A stretch of 61,694 bases of DNA, the filler included, from Euprymna scolopes (lineage: Eukaryota): the NCBI GenBank assembly GCA_053919585.1. It is 4 parts of 4 records of this genome, joined end to end, with 100 filler letters (N's around TTAATTAATTAA, not from the genome) between each part and the next. Parts side by side here need not be neighbours in the genome. Positions count along the whole stretch, not along the records: positions 31,303 to 52,870 come from CM132803.1; 3 more parts are not named here. One strand, 5' to 3'. The translations under genes were made by a program, and so were the position numbers. A model generated the notes under the pieces. The model searched no databases. It was not told where the DNA came from and worked only from the letters and a program-made list of their open reading frames with translations. Of the stretch, positions 38,005 through 51,959 are shown in pieces. Numbering within the stretch: the stretch's first letter is position 1; the number at the start of each line of letters is the position of its first letter.

Positions 38005-38435
38005 GGCTGATGATTCTGCCTGCACTGACTAGTCAAATTTTATCTTAAATCCAAACACTAATGTATAGTTTTTACATAAAATCATTTATCTTACCTCTTA
38101 TAAAATTTACAATCAAGCACTTTATTGATTTCTCAACTAACTTGAGATAGATGTGATTACATATGTATGTAAAGGTTTAAATTATTTAAAAATCATATTC
38201 AAAATAAAAAGTACACACAGCGGTACTCAAGTTGTTTACAACTGTTTCCAAACACTGTTCATTTTCAATTATACAAAATAACACAAAGTACAATATTTAA
38301 GCAAAGTTTGTTATATTGTATAACTGAAAATAAACATTATCTGAAAAAAGCTGTAAACGACTTGGATATTAATGTGTGTACTCTTTGTTTGGAATATGAT
38401 TTGAAGCTAATTTAATATTTTTAATATATATCACA
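38005..38435 (+). repeat. About 430-bp duplicated segment containing a ~240-bp foldback; partner at 40617-41052
   Basis: The two segments align directly; each has arms aatcatatt...gttgtttaca and tgtaaacgac...aatatgatt. Confidence 0.85.
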
Positions 38436-38479
38436 CATACAAATGTCCATAAAGCAAATAGTACATGATAACGACTGAC

Positions 38480-38667
38480 CATCCATGCAATTGTGGTACC
38501 GAATAGCTAACCTCTGATCCTCAATCATGGCGGCAGCATAAATGTCTATTGTCCCCGAACAGGAGGGCTGGGTGCCCTCTGAGCGAGACAGCAGCCGGGT
38601 TACATCAGAGACTAACGGAGTATGCGGTAGAGGTGGTGATGGGCGATACGTAACCTTGGCAGCTTTG
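38480..38667 (-). CDS. Isolated exon of an unidentified gene, possibly containing the start codon (MIEDQRLAIRYHNCMD...)
   Basis: GC-rich island bounded by a long polypyrimidine tract plus AG (tttctttccatttctttctccttgttcatatag) and donor G|gtcagt. One frame is fully open (62 codons). ATG at 38528-38526 sits in GCCGCCATG context. Confidence 0.55.
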
Positions 38668-39429
38668 CTATATGAACAAGGAGAAAGAAATGGAAAGAAA
38701 AAGATATATGAAAAATCAACTTCTCAGAATCGGAACAGTGCCGAACCAAGACAGCAGACTTTGCACATACACACAAAGATCTTGATATTCTTTCAGATAG
38801 AGCTTTATAAAAATAACAAATAATTAAAGGAGGTTATCTTGAACACTTTATTACAGTTTTGGATATACCATGAAATTCCAGTAAAGTGTTCAAGATTAAT
38901 AGATAATTAAAATGGACTTTTGTTTATACATATATGCACACACGTAAGAAATTAATTTGTAAAAGTAGGACAGAGAAAAACAAGAAACTTATTTTTAAAG
39001 AAGAAGTAATAATAGCATAAAAAGTGCATGATTAAAAAGAAGGAAATGGATATTCGATGCCAAGTAGATCTGATTAAAATATTGCAATGGTAAAGACTAC
39101 ATTTAAAAATGAATTATAACAATAACGGCGGCTCTAACACCAAGACTGCTCTCTCTTCTTCTTCGCAAATAAATGCCTGCAAATAAATGCCTAATAAAAT
39201 GGCTGAACTAAATTGAAGCATGTCATGTTTTTCCTTTAAAACAAGTTAAGGGGGGGATTTTTTTTTTTAAGAAATGAAAAAAAAAAAAAAAAAAGGAAAA
39301 AATGGAAGAAAGAAATGGACATTTTCTTTTTGTTTGAAAAAAAAAAAAATTGTTATAAAAACTGATTGTGAAATGATGAAATACATTTAAAACGAAATAG
39401 AATTCAATTCTTGAAAAAATTAGTGGTAT

Positions 39430-40430
39430 TTAATAAGAGTTATGAAGAACAGTAAAGCGTGTGCTTTGCAAGGTGGAAGGGAAAAACTGTATTAATAAAA
39501 ACAATGGCACTTGAAAAGAAAAAAAGCAAAAAAAGTAATTGAGGTATAAAATGAACAACGAAATTATTTCTTTAAAAGAATTGCTTTGATAAAAGGCATG
39601 TGATGCAATGGAAGAAACAAAATAGATATAAAATGAAATGCTAAAACACCTTTTTAAGAAATGTTTCAGTGAAATGTGTGAGTACGAGTGTTTCTGAATT
39701 ATCAATGAAAACTGTAGTCATCTGATCAAACAGAATGAAAAATCTTATCTAAATACAAAAATGTAATAGTTCATGAAACACATGAAAATCATTTTAATCT
39801 TTCAAAGAAAAAATGGTCTTGATCAAAACTGCAGCAAACTGGGGAATAATATAAATAACACAGAGTTACATATTTTATGAGGAGAGAAACGCTGTATGGA
39901 TAAAGACAGTGACCCTTAATGGAAGAAAAAAAAAGAAAGTAAAAATCATGAAGTACCAAATGGAACGTAACAACGATTCTTGTTTTAAAAAACTGCTTTG
40001 ATGCAATACATGAGAACAGGTATCTATTTTCTGGATAACTCATTAACTTAATATGATATGTACGACACGTAGAACTGCATTAAAAACTAACACAACAAAA
40101 ATATTTGTTTTGATGAAATGTGTTAGCACATGTATTTATTTTCTGGATTGTAATGATTAAAAGTGTGGTCATCTGAAAAAACGTATATAGAAAAAATAGA
40201 ATGAAAAATGTAGTATTTGATTAAACACATGGATAAAAACACTTTATTCTTTAAAAACTGGTATTGATCAAAATTGTGGCAAATTGATGAATAACTTTGC
40301 GTGAGATAAAATTGTATTGATAAAAACAGTGACACTTGAAAAAAAAAAAAAATGCCAAAACCTGAGGTATAAAATGAAATAAATAAAAAACAAAGGTACT
40401 TCGTTTAAAGGCATCTATTTTCTTAATAAT
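39430..40430 (+). repeat. Degenerate tandem repeat, about 410-bp period, about 2.5 copies
   Basis: A tgtatt..taaa.aca.tg.cactt motif recurs at about 39487, 39893 and 40313. Confidence 0.55.
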
Positions 40431-40616
40431 TCATATTCATTTTTAGCATCCTATACCAACCACAGTCGCATTGACTGGAAATGATGTTTGATCTCGAATC
40501 AACCTGACAACAAACAAAATAACTCGTTGTTTAAATCTACTTGTAAATATGTCTAAAAGTTCCCGTTGTAATTAAATTATCTGTCCTTATAAGACAGTTT
40601 AACTCGTGAAAACTGA

Positions 40617-41052
40617 GCTGATGAATCTGCCTGCATTGATCAGCCAGATTTTATCTTAAATCTATCAAATACTGAAATGTATAGTTTTTAAATAAAATCA
40701 TTTATCTTATCTCTTATAAAATTTACAATCAAGCACTTTGTTTTTTTTCAACTAACTTGACAGACATGCAATTTATATGTCAAGATTTAAATTATTTTAA
40801 AATCATATTTTAAATAAAAAGTACAAACAACGGTATTTAAGTTGTTTACAACTGTTTCCAAACACTGTTCATTTTTATTTATATAATATAACACAAAATA
40901 CAATGTTTACACAAATTTTGTGTTATATTGTATAACAAAATAAACATACTTTGAAAATAGATGTAAACGACTTAGATACTATGTATATGTACTCTTTGTT
41001 TGGAATATGATTTGAAACTAATTTAAATTTTTAAATAAATTAATATATCACA
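40617..41052 (+). repeat. Second copy of the 38005-38435 segment
   Basis: Colinear diverged copy. Confidence 0.85.
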
Positions 41053-41842
41053 CACGGGCACTGATACTAATTTCAGTATCTTATGATTTTCATAATAGTT
41101 AGACAATTATTTTCCACATCTTTTTGTTTTTTTTTCAAAATATTTTCTTTTGACGATGATTCAAATAATTTATTTGCTGACAGAAAAAAAAATTGAACCC
41201 AAAACCTGTTAAGTTACTGATAAAGTTGTCGTCGTCGTCATCATCATCATCATCATCATCAGTTCATCATTTATTTTACATGTTGGAATGTGTTGTATAC
41301 CTTTTAGAAATTGACTTCCAGACTTATTTTTGGTCAAATTTTTTGGAAGTTATTTTCTGAACCGAGGTAAAATTTTTATAGGATGAATGCCTCTACTGAC
41401 TCTAATCTAGTGAGGTGATGGGAACCGGTGTTTTTTATCAAAACATTATACCTGCCATTTACTGATATTTAAAAAAAACAAACTTTTTGTCGTTTATTTG
41501 TCTTTTAAATTAATCAAACAAATGACATGCCTGGTCAAAGTGTAAATTCAGTTAAAGTTACTTGACCGATTTGTCTTGGGCCCCAAACTCATTATAGAAT
41601 AATTTGTGAAACCATATGAAGGAAAAATATAATAGACATGTAAAGTTTGTAAAGTTAATGAGATTATTACTGAAACTAAAAAATGAAAAAATACATTTGT
41701 GTAAAACTGAATCGGATACCGCTACTGATGACTCAAACATTAAATTTGCAACTTACATACACAAACGACCATATATTAAAATAAACACATTTATTAATAT
41801 ACATTAATGTTGCAAACAGCTGTTACTGATACTTTGTTGTCT

Positions 41843-41874
<32 letters not shown>

Positions 41875-41997
41875 AAATAGACACATGCATCGATATACGT
41901 CTTAACATAAGACAGAAACGTTAATCCTTTAATGTCAGTTACCACCGGTACTGCCACAGCTTCTTCATTCTCCAAATGCACATACATTGAATATTTA

Positions 41998-42497
41998 TCT
42001 CTATATTAATAAAAAGAATTTTCTCATATCACTTTTGACGCCATAAGAAGACAAGGCAATTCCTATACAAATCTTTCAGACTCACCATTTCCAGATAATA
42101 CTGCAGTGAGTTTTTACACAAAAATACATTTTGTCACTGTTTAATAAATATTACAATTTATCCTCTTCAATTCATTCTCTCAAATATGAAATCTCACATA
42201 GGTAGAAGCAAATATTTCACCCTCATTAAATTAAATCTTTCCACAGATCCTGAAATCATAGTCATACATAGCCACATGGCACCAAAAAATTATTCACTTT
42301 TTAAATTCAATCATTTTGTACATATTACTATTTTTATTCTTACTATTATTAATAATGCTATTACTATAAGTAGTAATAGTAGTACAATTTTTGTTATTGA
42401 TATTTATATTAATATTGCTAACATCATTAACTCTAAATTGGACATTTTTCGTCACTTATATGAATTCCAGGGCAATGCTGGAAAACAAGTCGGCTAG
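41998..42497 (+). mobile_element. Non-autonomous Helitron
   Basis: A|TC...CTAG|T termini, no TSD, subterminal hairpin ccagggcaatgctgg at 42467-42481. Confidence 0.75.
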
Positions 42498-43267
42498 TAT
42501 ATAATAATAAGTTACTATTTATCAAATATCACTTAAGGATATGGTTTATGAGAAATTGACAGCTGAATTATGATGAATACTATAGGAGAATTGAAAACAT
42601 CAAGACAAAAACTGATCCTTTCTCAAAAACATTGTTCATGGAATGTGAGGACTAAAGGACAAATTAGGAGGTAGTAAGAGTTACAAGGTTTTACTTTCAT
42701 ATACTATGACATTGTGTATGCATGCCTGATAGATATTTACTTTGATTGACACTGGTAATGGGTAATGCTATGTTGTTTTGGAATGAAAATGCAATAGGTC
42801 CAACCAGATTTCAAGTGAACTTAACCGATTCCAAAATCTGTGTTATTATTATTCATTGTGCAACCAACACCCGCCTGCCACCCCATTCTGTTCATACTTA
42901 CACTTTTCTCTTTATCAAAGAAAAAAGTATCATCAATTTTGAGATTATGTCCACATCTATTGCCGTTATAGCTAGGCCAGACTACAGTCTCAGAAGATAA
43001 CAGTTTTCATTCATCCCTCTTCACATAGAGAACGGTTACGCCTTGTTCTGAGAAGATAATAATAAAAAAAATACCAACTGTTTTAATAATCAGTGGCAAA
43101 GATGTTCCGTATCAGACGTTTATTTTCTCAGCCTGTTTACGAGAAAACACAGAAAACAATTACAAATAATGTTATCATTATATCGACACAACATGAACAG
43201 ATTAAGATGCTTAAGAAAATCTGAAGAATTCCTCATTGGCATTTATGAATACAAGTAATCCATTTTA

Positions 43268-43800
43268 TCTATATATAAAAGAGGATTATGTATGTCCACA
43301 CAATAACTTCAATGCATTTGGACCAATTCTTATCAAATTTGAACAGGTATATTCTTTCTTTTTCTCTCTCAGTATATATCTATGCAGGTATAAAACTAAT
43401 TTTCCAGCACCTTTAGTTTCTGAGCCTTATTGGATTTACTGTTTTGCTGATTTTTATAAAATTTGAACAGAAATTCTTTCTCAGTATGTATCTATATATA
43501 TATAAAGTAGTAGCGTTTGTGTGTGCATGTGTGTATGTACAACTCTCCAACAGTCCAAACTGATCATGACCAAACCTGGCATGATGATGGTCCCCCACCC
43601 AGGGAAGGTGCACACCAGTTTTCAAGGTTATGGTCAAAGGTCAAAGCCATAACCTATGTATATATACTCTCCTACAGCCCACACCACTGGACCGATCATG
43701 ACCAAACCTGGCATGATGATGGTCTCCCACCTAGGGATGGTGAACACTATTTTTCAAGGTCAACTGTTAAGGTCAGGACTTTACTAGTATCATATATATT
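43268..43800 (+). mobile_element. Adjacent or nested Helitron-like fragments with an internal ~130-bp tandem duplication
   Basis: tctatatataaaag starts at about 43268 and 43491; gatcatgaccaaacctggcatgatgatggtc occurs twice. Confidence 0.55.
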
Positions 43801-43870
43801 TATACAGACGCAACACTTAAATCATCAATATACTCCTAACCAATTAATTACATATCTACCATGCCTCTAG

Positions 43871-44070
43871 TGATGTTGACATACTGATTTTTTGTTAGAT
43901 CATCAAAGTTATCTCCTTTTTGGGGGAGGAGATAGTTTAGTATTTGTTCCATTATTATGAGGCCATGAGGAAACCATCCTCCAGGTATTATCTCCTCCAA
44001 CAAGAAACTGTCATAATTGATTGTTCAATACCAGATGGGTGACTATTTGAAAATACCAGGCATGGTACAT
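43871..44070 (+). mobile_element. Decayed SINE3 head split by about 100 bp of insertion
   Basis: gttagatcatcaaagtta at about 43895 and ccagatgggtgactatttgaaaataccagg at about 44030. Confidence 0.5.
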
Positions 44071-44439
44071 GGGAAGACGGTGACACCTTTCATCTTTGTT
44101 GAGATCTACAAGTAAATTTAATATTCCCTAAAAACTTTCTTCTTTGGAAAAAGCTGGCTCAACTCATTCTGAATGGATATCAGATAAAACACAAAATAAC
44201 TTAAAGTAGAGAGTTAATAAAACCTATTTATAATAGGCATTTGATATGTCGGTAAAATTTGTTCTTTTAAGAATTATGTCTGTGTTTCTCTGATTGTTCT
44301 TTAAACTATATAAAGAGCTTTTTTTTTTTTTACATTTTTTTTATTTAATAAATATTTTGCTTTTATTTTAATGTGGAGAACATATTAATACTAATTGTCT
44401 TACGCATTTTTTATAAACTTCTGTTCACCGTAAAGAAAG

Positions 44440-44700
44440 CCTATTTCCAATGAAGCATTGAGGGCTATTGTGATAGGAGCCAGATTTATAGGGGGAAGCT
44501 TGGGTAGTGAGTTGGGCAACTAGATGTTTGTTCACATTACATGTAAATTTCTGCATATTGATATGATTGAGGGTGTTGGTGGGGGGCGGGGAAGAAAAAG
44601 CTAAGGAAATCTTTTGGCATGTGTGTGTGTGGGGGATTTTATTGGGTGGGTTGAGGATATTTATGTTAAGAAGGATACAAGTGCAATAAGTTTATTGGAG
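44440..44700 (-). mobile_element. Highly decayed LINE family B 3' end
   Basis: gatgtttgttcacattacatgtaaatttctgcat matches 17425-17455. Confidence 0.55.
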
Positions 44701-45314
44701 CACATTTTGTGGAAGTATTTATTTCTTATGCACCTGAATATTTGAAGTCTTATCCTATATAAATCTTCATTTGGAGGAGGGGGTGGCAATGCCTCCAAGA
44801 ATTACCAAAAAAACATGAACCTCTATTTCTCTTTGTATTAAAGTTGAAGGATTTTCAAGTTTTATCGTGAGAATATTTCTGGGATGGGATGTTAATCAGT
44901 CAGAAAACATTTGATGTATGACTAAAAATGTTCAATTTGTTACATCCCTAGGAGATAACACCATTGCAAGAAAGCACGGAACACCCTACCGGGGGGGGGG
45001 GGTCTGTTTTAGTACATATCTATATTATCTACACTTACAATCTGAAGACAAGTGATTTATACGTCATCAATAGAAACTTATTAATCTTTTTCTTTCAACT
45101 GTTATCTCAAATTTCCTACTAGAAGTGTGAAGTGACCTTTTTAATCAGTCATGCAAGCGTGCCCTTTGGATCTTATCTTAACTCTAGTATCACCAATTGG
45201 GAGGAGATAATAAGGAAAATATCTTTCGATTATTAATAGAATTTTTAACTATGGTTGAATTCTTTTTAACATTAGTCATTAAGTGTTCCCTTGGTCTTCT
45301 GGGGGAGATTTCTT

Positions 45315-45375
45315 TTTCATGGAAGACAAGGCATGACGCCACTTAATGTAAAGAGCTAAAAAGAATGAAGATGGT
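45315..45375 (-). mobile_element. LINE family C tail fragment
   Basis: acaaggcatgacgccacttaatgtaaagagctaa matches 35000-35035. Confidence 0.6.
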
Positions 45376-48300
45376 ATGTTCTTGAAGAAGGGAAGAGTGA
45401 TTTTAACTTAAAACTAGATTTTCTTTACCATTTATTTATTATTCTTATTCTCATAGACGAACTCAGGGATCTTAGTGTCCTGATTTCTCAGGTTTCACTT
45501 CCATACATACATAGTGAACTCATTTGGCGCCAGTTCAACACCCTACCTTTGGAGTGAATGCCATTACAATTACAACTTGAGACTACCCATCTCTCAGGAT
45601 TCCAGACAGGAAGGAAGGAAACCAAAGCGTATGACAACCAGAATATTTGGATGAAAAAATATGCAAGCTAAAGAAATTGGTTCAAATGAATAAAGAAATA
45701 AGATGGAAAAAAAAAAAAAAAGAATTTGTTAGTTAGCGGGGGTGGGGGGAAGGTTTAATCATTTCAATAAAGATATAGAAAAAAAAAAGAGAGAATTTAA
45801 GCTAAAAATAACAAATCTTATAAATTGATAGAAAAAAGATGTCCACAACTCGGCTTTTAGGTTACTTCTTATTAATAGCAGCATTAGTATTAATTTAAAC
45901 TCCTTTTGCTATTAAGCTTGCTTCATGCTGAATTTGGTGAAATTTAGCTGAAATAGTTCATATTTACTTGGCTCCCCACGAGTGTAGAATTAGACACAAG
46001 GTTGCTTTTTTTTTTTTTTAATGTGGGAAAATTCAATTCCCCCCAAAAAAGGTACTGTGGATTGAAATAAAAATAAAAACACAATCTAGAAGGATTTATC
46101 CTTCACTGACTGAGAGACAGTAAAGACGAAATGCAGTATAAGAACAGATATGACACTTTGCTCCTAGCCAAAGGAGCAAGTTGTATGTAGCTTAATATTT
46201 TTGAAGTATATTCATATCTATTTAATATTATTATTGTACATGTTCTGTAAAAATGATGGAAAATAATTATGCTTCATCAGCAATTGTACTAATAATCACA
46301 TAAAATTATTTTTGACAGAGCATATATTGCTAAGGAGTTATATTCATTTATAAATGTCTGTAATCATGTAATGTTGTAGTTACATTTTAACACACACCCA
46401 TATGTTACATGCAGAGACAATCGCAAAAGAACAAAAATAGTGGGGAAGAAATTCAACTCAGCATTTTTTCAGTTTTAACAAAGGGAATTTACTAATGGTA
46501 GTTTCCAAACTATGCCTGCATCTTGGTTTTAAAAGTATCTTCGTTTCACCACCATACAGGTTTTTCCAATCTCTCTCACTGGCATGTGTTTCACCTCATA
46601 GTCGCTGCCAACATGGTTTCTTTTTTTTTCTCCACTTTTCTTTCCATTCTCTTCCTCCACTATCAAGTCACCTTGCACACCGGCTTGGTCATTTGCATAT
46701 GCGAGATGCCACCACTGCAGCTGCACATGCGTCAGTGGCTCTGTTACATTGTTACCATATTCCCCATTCTAATAAATTCTCCTTTAAAATAAAGTCTTAT
46801 ATGCCTTGTGAATTAATCTAAGACCAAGACTAGATGACATGCAAGTGACGCCTGTGTCAACATGTTTAAAGGTCATACACACATCAATAGGCAACCAGCA
46901 ACATGTGTATTTGCTATTCATTAGGTGGATTAAAGTAAATTACATTTCCTTTTCTGTCGTTATTATTATTCAATCACTAGGAGTTCTTACACATGTTATT
47001 ATCAGTGAGCAATCACTGATAATAACTGGTGGTTCACTAGAGTCTAAGTAACAAGTCTACCAAGATTTCTAGTACTCTCCACCTCTTTCAATAACTGTTG
47101 CAAATTACTTTGTGTTATTACAAAAACTGCTTACCATTAATTTATCACTGGCAGCAATCATGGTCTTTGAGTGACAAGAAGCGTCACAAGATACCACTAC
47201 TCTCTGCACTATTCCAGAAGAGGTGCGATTATTATTATTGTACACCCTGTCAAAAATGCTAAAAAAAATTATGCTTCATCAGTAATTGCATTAATATTCA
47301 ATATAAAATTACAGAATTATATCAGTAAATTTTTCATATATCTTTTTTCTTTTCACTTCTGAAGACCTAAACAGAAAAAAGTACTCAGTTGACTTGTGGT
47401 CTAGAGTAAAGGATTTCATTCTGAATTCATTTGTTTGGCTTGCTATTTACCTTTGTGCTTCCCCTCATTACTTGAAACGGTTTCGTCTGTGGGCTGGGGA
47501 ACCTACATTTTACTTGCTAACTTCTGTAAGGGGACAGATTTATATTTATTCATCTACAAATAGATACACATTGGTCTTTACTGTAACTACAAGCTAAATA
47601 AAAGATTTGTTTTGCGAATAATATAATACAAATATTGATCAGTGCTGCTAAGATTTTCAATAGCTTTCATCAATTTTCATATTTAATCTAATCAACAGTT
47701 TTTGCTTTAACTACTAATATCGTAGATGGAGTTAGAGAAGCTAATTCTCACACAATCCTATGTACTAATACTACTACTGAAATTACTCATAACAGATAAT
47801 TCTTCGATATTCCTTGATGAAAAAGAGCGTGCTTTCTTCTTTCATTCTGAGTGAAAAAAAATTTCATATTAACGATACTACTAAAGACACAAATCAAATT
47901 GTACCTCCCTTCTCTTTAAAATTGTAAGTGAATCAGCCAAAGAATATATTGAAAAGAAAAATAGTGGGTGGGGACAAACATTAACATTTTGCTTGCATAA
48001 TAATAGATACGTCCATTCAATCAACACGTTTAATGATGTGTGACAGCAACTGACAAAAAATATGTGAATGCATTTAACAAAGCAAATCAGGGTAGCCATA
48101 ATTACTGGGAAATGACATCCCAATACAAATAGTAAAATAATATTAAAAATAATAATAGCTTTGGTAATACGAGAAGAGAACCACCTCTAGTGATAACAAC
48201 AATAATTAACTAAAATATTTTTGGCAGCTGGTGGGAGGCTTGTAGCGTCTGTTGGAACTATTACAAAAAAAAAGGGTAATAATAGAACTTGCCGATTCTA

Positions 48301-48619
48301 TTGAAAGATAAAATCTTGGAAACAACCAAACTCCCAAAGCCAATCTACACAAGAAACTTTTACATTTATTATCCATTTAGAATATACTAAGGCACTTCAT
48401 ATTTCTGTGTATCTTTCACACAAATTACAAAAGAAAAATGAGATCGTCTGATTAACAAAAATGATGATTGACAATCAATATGATATTGCTCAACTAAAAA
48501 ATTTGACTTCAACCATTTTAAAATGAATTGTTTCAAAATCAGATTAAATAGATTTCACTAGTTATTATTGGTTATCTCTAGAGGTGGTTGTCTTCTTGTA
48601 TTACCAAAGTTACTTAAAT

Positions 48620-49560
48620 CAACAATCATCTATGGCAACACTTCAAAGGCCATAAATAACCAAGTTCTCTCTGATTCTCTCTCCTTTGATCTTGAGCATG
48701 TAGTGCAATGGGGAAAAAGGTAACTGGTTAATTTTAATGCATCTATAACCAAGCTTCTATTTTTACATCATCAATGCTCTGATCCCTATCTGGCATCAAC
48801 TTAAATGAAGGACTCTCCCCAAGACGAGAGCCAATCTTTTGACAAGCTTCCAAGTCTGACCTTTACTCCTAATCTGAAATGGAACACGTATATCAAATCC
48901 ATTGCCAAAGTTGTTGGAAAAATGGTGGGATCATTTTACTGCTCCAGTAGATATCTCACTGCTAATGCAATTCTCTCTCTGTATAAGGGCCAAGCACATC
49001 CAAGGATGGAGTACTGCTGCCATATCTGGGCAGGAGCTGCTAGAAGCAGTTTATTCTGCATTCTTACTTTGTAACTTATTGGGGGATGCCCTTTTCTCTT
49101 CCCCGAAACCTCTTTGCCACAGAAGAGATGTTGCAAGCCTATCACTGCTTTATCGTTATTTTCATGGCAAGTGCTTGTCTGAGCTCCAATCTAGGGTCTC
49201 TTCTTGCTAAACTTTTATGAAAAACACTCGTCTATCTGAAACCACTATTAATAATTTCCTCCACTCTTTATTTGTGCTTAAACCTAAATGTAGATTCCAT
49301 CAACAAAGCTTTTTTCTTAGAATTCCACACCTGTGGAACTCTCTTCAGTTTTCCTGCTTTCCAACTGACTACTACACGATCATCTTCAAGTACAATGTAA
49401 AAAAGTTCTTGATAAGCCGTCTCCTTAAGTAGTCCAATATACCAAATTTTTATTACTAACAATTACTATATTTTCCCATTGACTACTGTACACTCATTAA
49501 CTCTTATCCTCGAGTGGTCTCCGAGCCTTGATAGTGGTGACTCCTTTGTAAAAACAAAAA
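48620..49560 (+). mobile_element. LINE family A, 3' fragment
   Basis: MEYCCHIWAGA, SFFLRIPHLWNSL, family A tail and A-rich end. Homologous to 11070-11930. Confidence 0.9.
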
Positions 49561-50159
49561 AGAAGAAAAAATCGCTTCATATTGATGAAAACAGTAAAAT
49601 TTTAAATACATTTTCTTTAGTGGTCTTCATTTGAAGAATATTTAGCTGTCAATTGTTTTATGATAAAAAGGCAGATAATGTTTATTGATTACAAAAATTA
49701 AATTGCTACAATTTTAAAATAAATATAGAAGAGACATGTTGTTTTTATTTATTTAAAGAATATTAAGCTAACGATTATATTTATTTTTATGGAGGAAGAG
49801 TCATTTTTTTCTTAATAGTATTGATGCTGAGAGACGCTATTTCCAAAAGAATCTAGCAATAAATATAGGTTGATGTAGAAAGCACTGTGAAGTTTCCATT
49901 AGGTCCTGCTAGGCATTCAAAGAAATCGGGGAGATGAGGAATACGATATATATTATTTGTATTGTGACTAGTGCTTTCCAAACAAAAACTTGCCACCATA
50001 ACAATGTTCCAGTCATTGTGCACACTGGCTTTCTACATGTGCATGTTTGATACAGTAACATTAAATGCATAGAAAGGCCAGTATTATTATAAAAACTTAG
50101 TTCTAGTCTTTTGGTGGTATGATTACAAAAAATACAACAGGATATAAAGTATAATAAAA

Positions 50160-50420
50160 ATAAAAAAATTGAAACATTTGGTTACCCCCACCATTTCATC
50201 AAAGGATGAAAACTGAACAAAGAAAGGAAGTTTTAAATCTCATAACCACCACCAATAGTCCTCTGCATAAAATAATAAAACACATTAAAACTAGGCTAGA
50301 GTTGTACAAAAAAAACTTAGAAATCTTCATAAAACGGCATAATATTAAATCAAAACAAACAAAAAGCAACAGTGGAAAAGTTAACTATAAAAATAACATG
50401 AAAGAAATTAAATTTTAAAT
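50160..50420 (+). mobile_element. Possible decayed Penelope-like RT C-terminal fragment
   Basis: GYPHHFIK then EVLNLITTTNSPLHKIIK in shifted frames; weak motif resemblance only. Confidence 0.25.
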
Positions 50421-51324
50421 AAAAGTAATATTTTAAATGGAAATAAAAACATATACATTTGCAAAAAAAGTGAGAATGTCCCTTTGCAATGTAATTTTCA
50501 AATACTTTCATTTACAACTGAGCAGAAAACAGGTCATGGCAAAAAACGAGAATATTGTGTCATGTGTTATCCGTTTATATTTCTTGTAGACACCAGAAGA
50601 CTGTGGGATGGGAAAACAAAGGTGAATGACAATGAAGACACCTTTGGATTAATTTACATTATGAATTGTGACAGTAAAATTTTTAAAAAGTTGTTTTTAT
50701 TTGGTAACTAATCAATATTTTTCACTCAGATAATAATTTGAGCTAAAAAAAAAAAGAGCTGGTAAAAACATTTTGATTGCCTTATGTGATTAAATTGAGA
50801 GATTATAGCTAATTTAATGAGTTTGTGAAGATATTTTATTGTGGATTTATTTTATTAATGCAAAGTAAAATTACAAGTGTGGTTGAAATTTAACATATAA
50901 GAAAAAAAGAAAATTTTGACAATCGTTCATTTTAATGGTTATTATAGACTTATGAATTATTCTTTTTATATTTTGTTGCGTTTCATTGCTGTAGTTTTTG
51001 TTAAATTTTTTTTTGCATGGAGTTGAATAAACACCAATATTGTTTCTGGGTACGATATACCTTATAAGTTATTTTTTTTGCCTTGACCTATCTCCCCATC
51101 TAGCAAACAAACAATTTTTGAAACTGTTTAGACAACATTCTACAGGAGATAAGTGTGTTGCAACATCTACTTTTCCTATTTATCTTCAACACAGACATAC
51201 AGTTTCATTATTGTTATTTCAACCAAAGTAAACTTTCATACACTTTAGCTTTCTATAGTTTCTAAATTTTCAAAAATTACAAGTATTTTAATTCGTTAGA
51301 TGTTTCTTGAGCAGAGATAAATCA

Positions 51325-51670
51325 CTGATAAGTTAAAACTGTTTCAAACATTTGTTCTTTTGGACCTTACAATTATTACCTCTTGTAAACTATACAAACA
51401 GATGTGACTCTGAATTTTACCATTAACTTAGATTCATCATAGGTTTGAATAATACATTAAAGGATTTCTTCCATGAATTTCAACTAAACTTCCAGTTTGT
51501 CGAAAATTATCTTAGAAATTCTTCTTTTATCGGTGTAACCTTAAAACCTCTTTATGTATGTTAGTAAACCGTAAAATTCAAAGTCACATCTGCTTGTACA
51601 ATTTACTAAAGCAGCAACAATTATAAGGTTCGAATCAAGAAATATTTGAAACTGCTTGAGATAATCGGGT
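51325..51670. mobile_element. Foldback/MITE with about 95-bp imperfect arms
   Basis: 51330-51420 is the diverged reverse complement of 51570-51665. Confidence 0.7.
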
Positions 51671-51959
51671 TTGTGAATAATGTGTGCATGTAAGAGAACT
51701 ACACTAAATGTGCTATAACGGTTAGTATTAAGATTTGGAAACACTTACAAATGTGAAAGGACATTTTGAATAATAATAATAATGAAAAAATTTAACCATA
51801 GGCAGATGATGGAATAAATTAATATTCTTATATCTGATTTTGTTCACAGATTTTATGATATATCACCCTTTAAGATATTTAATACTAAAACACAATAGAC
51901 ATTGAAAACAAAGTATTTTACACAAAAGTAGGGCTTTATATCTTGTATATTATATATAT

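Noticed and set aside
38542-38823. 93-aa plus-strand ORF
   Set aside because: Shadow of the minus-strand exon; the splice signals are on the minus strand.
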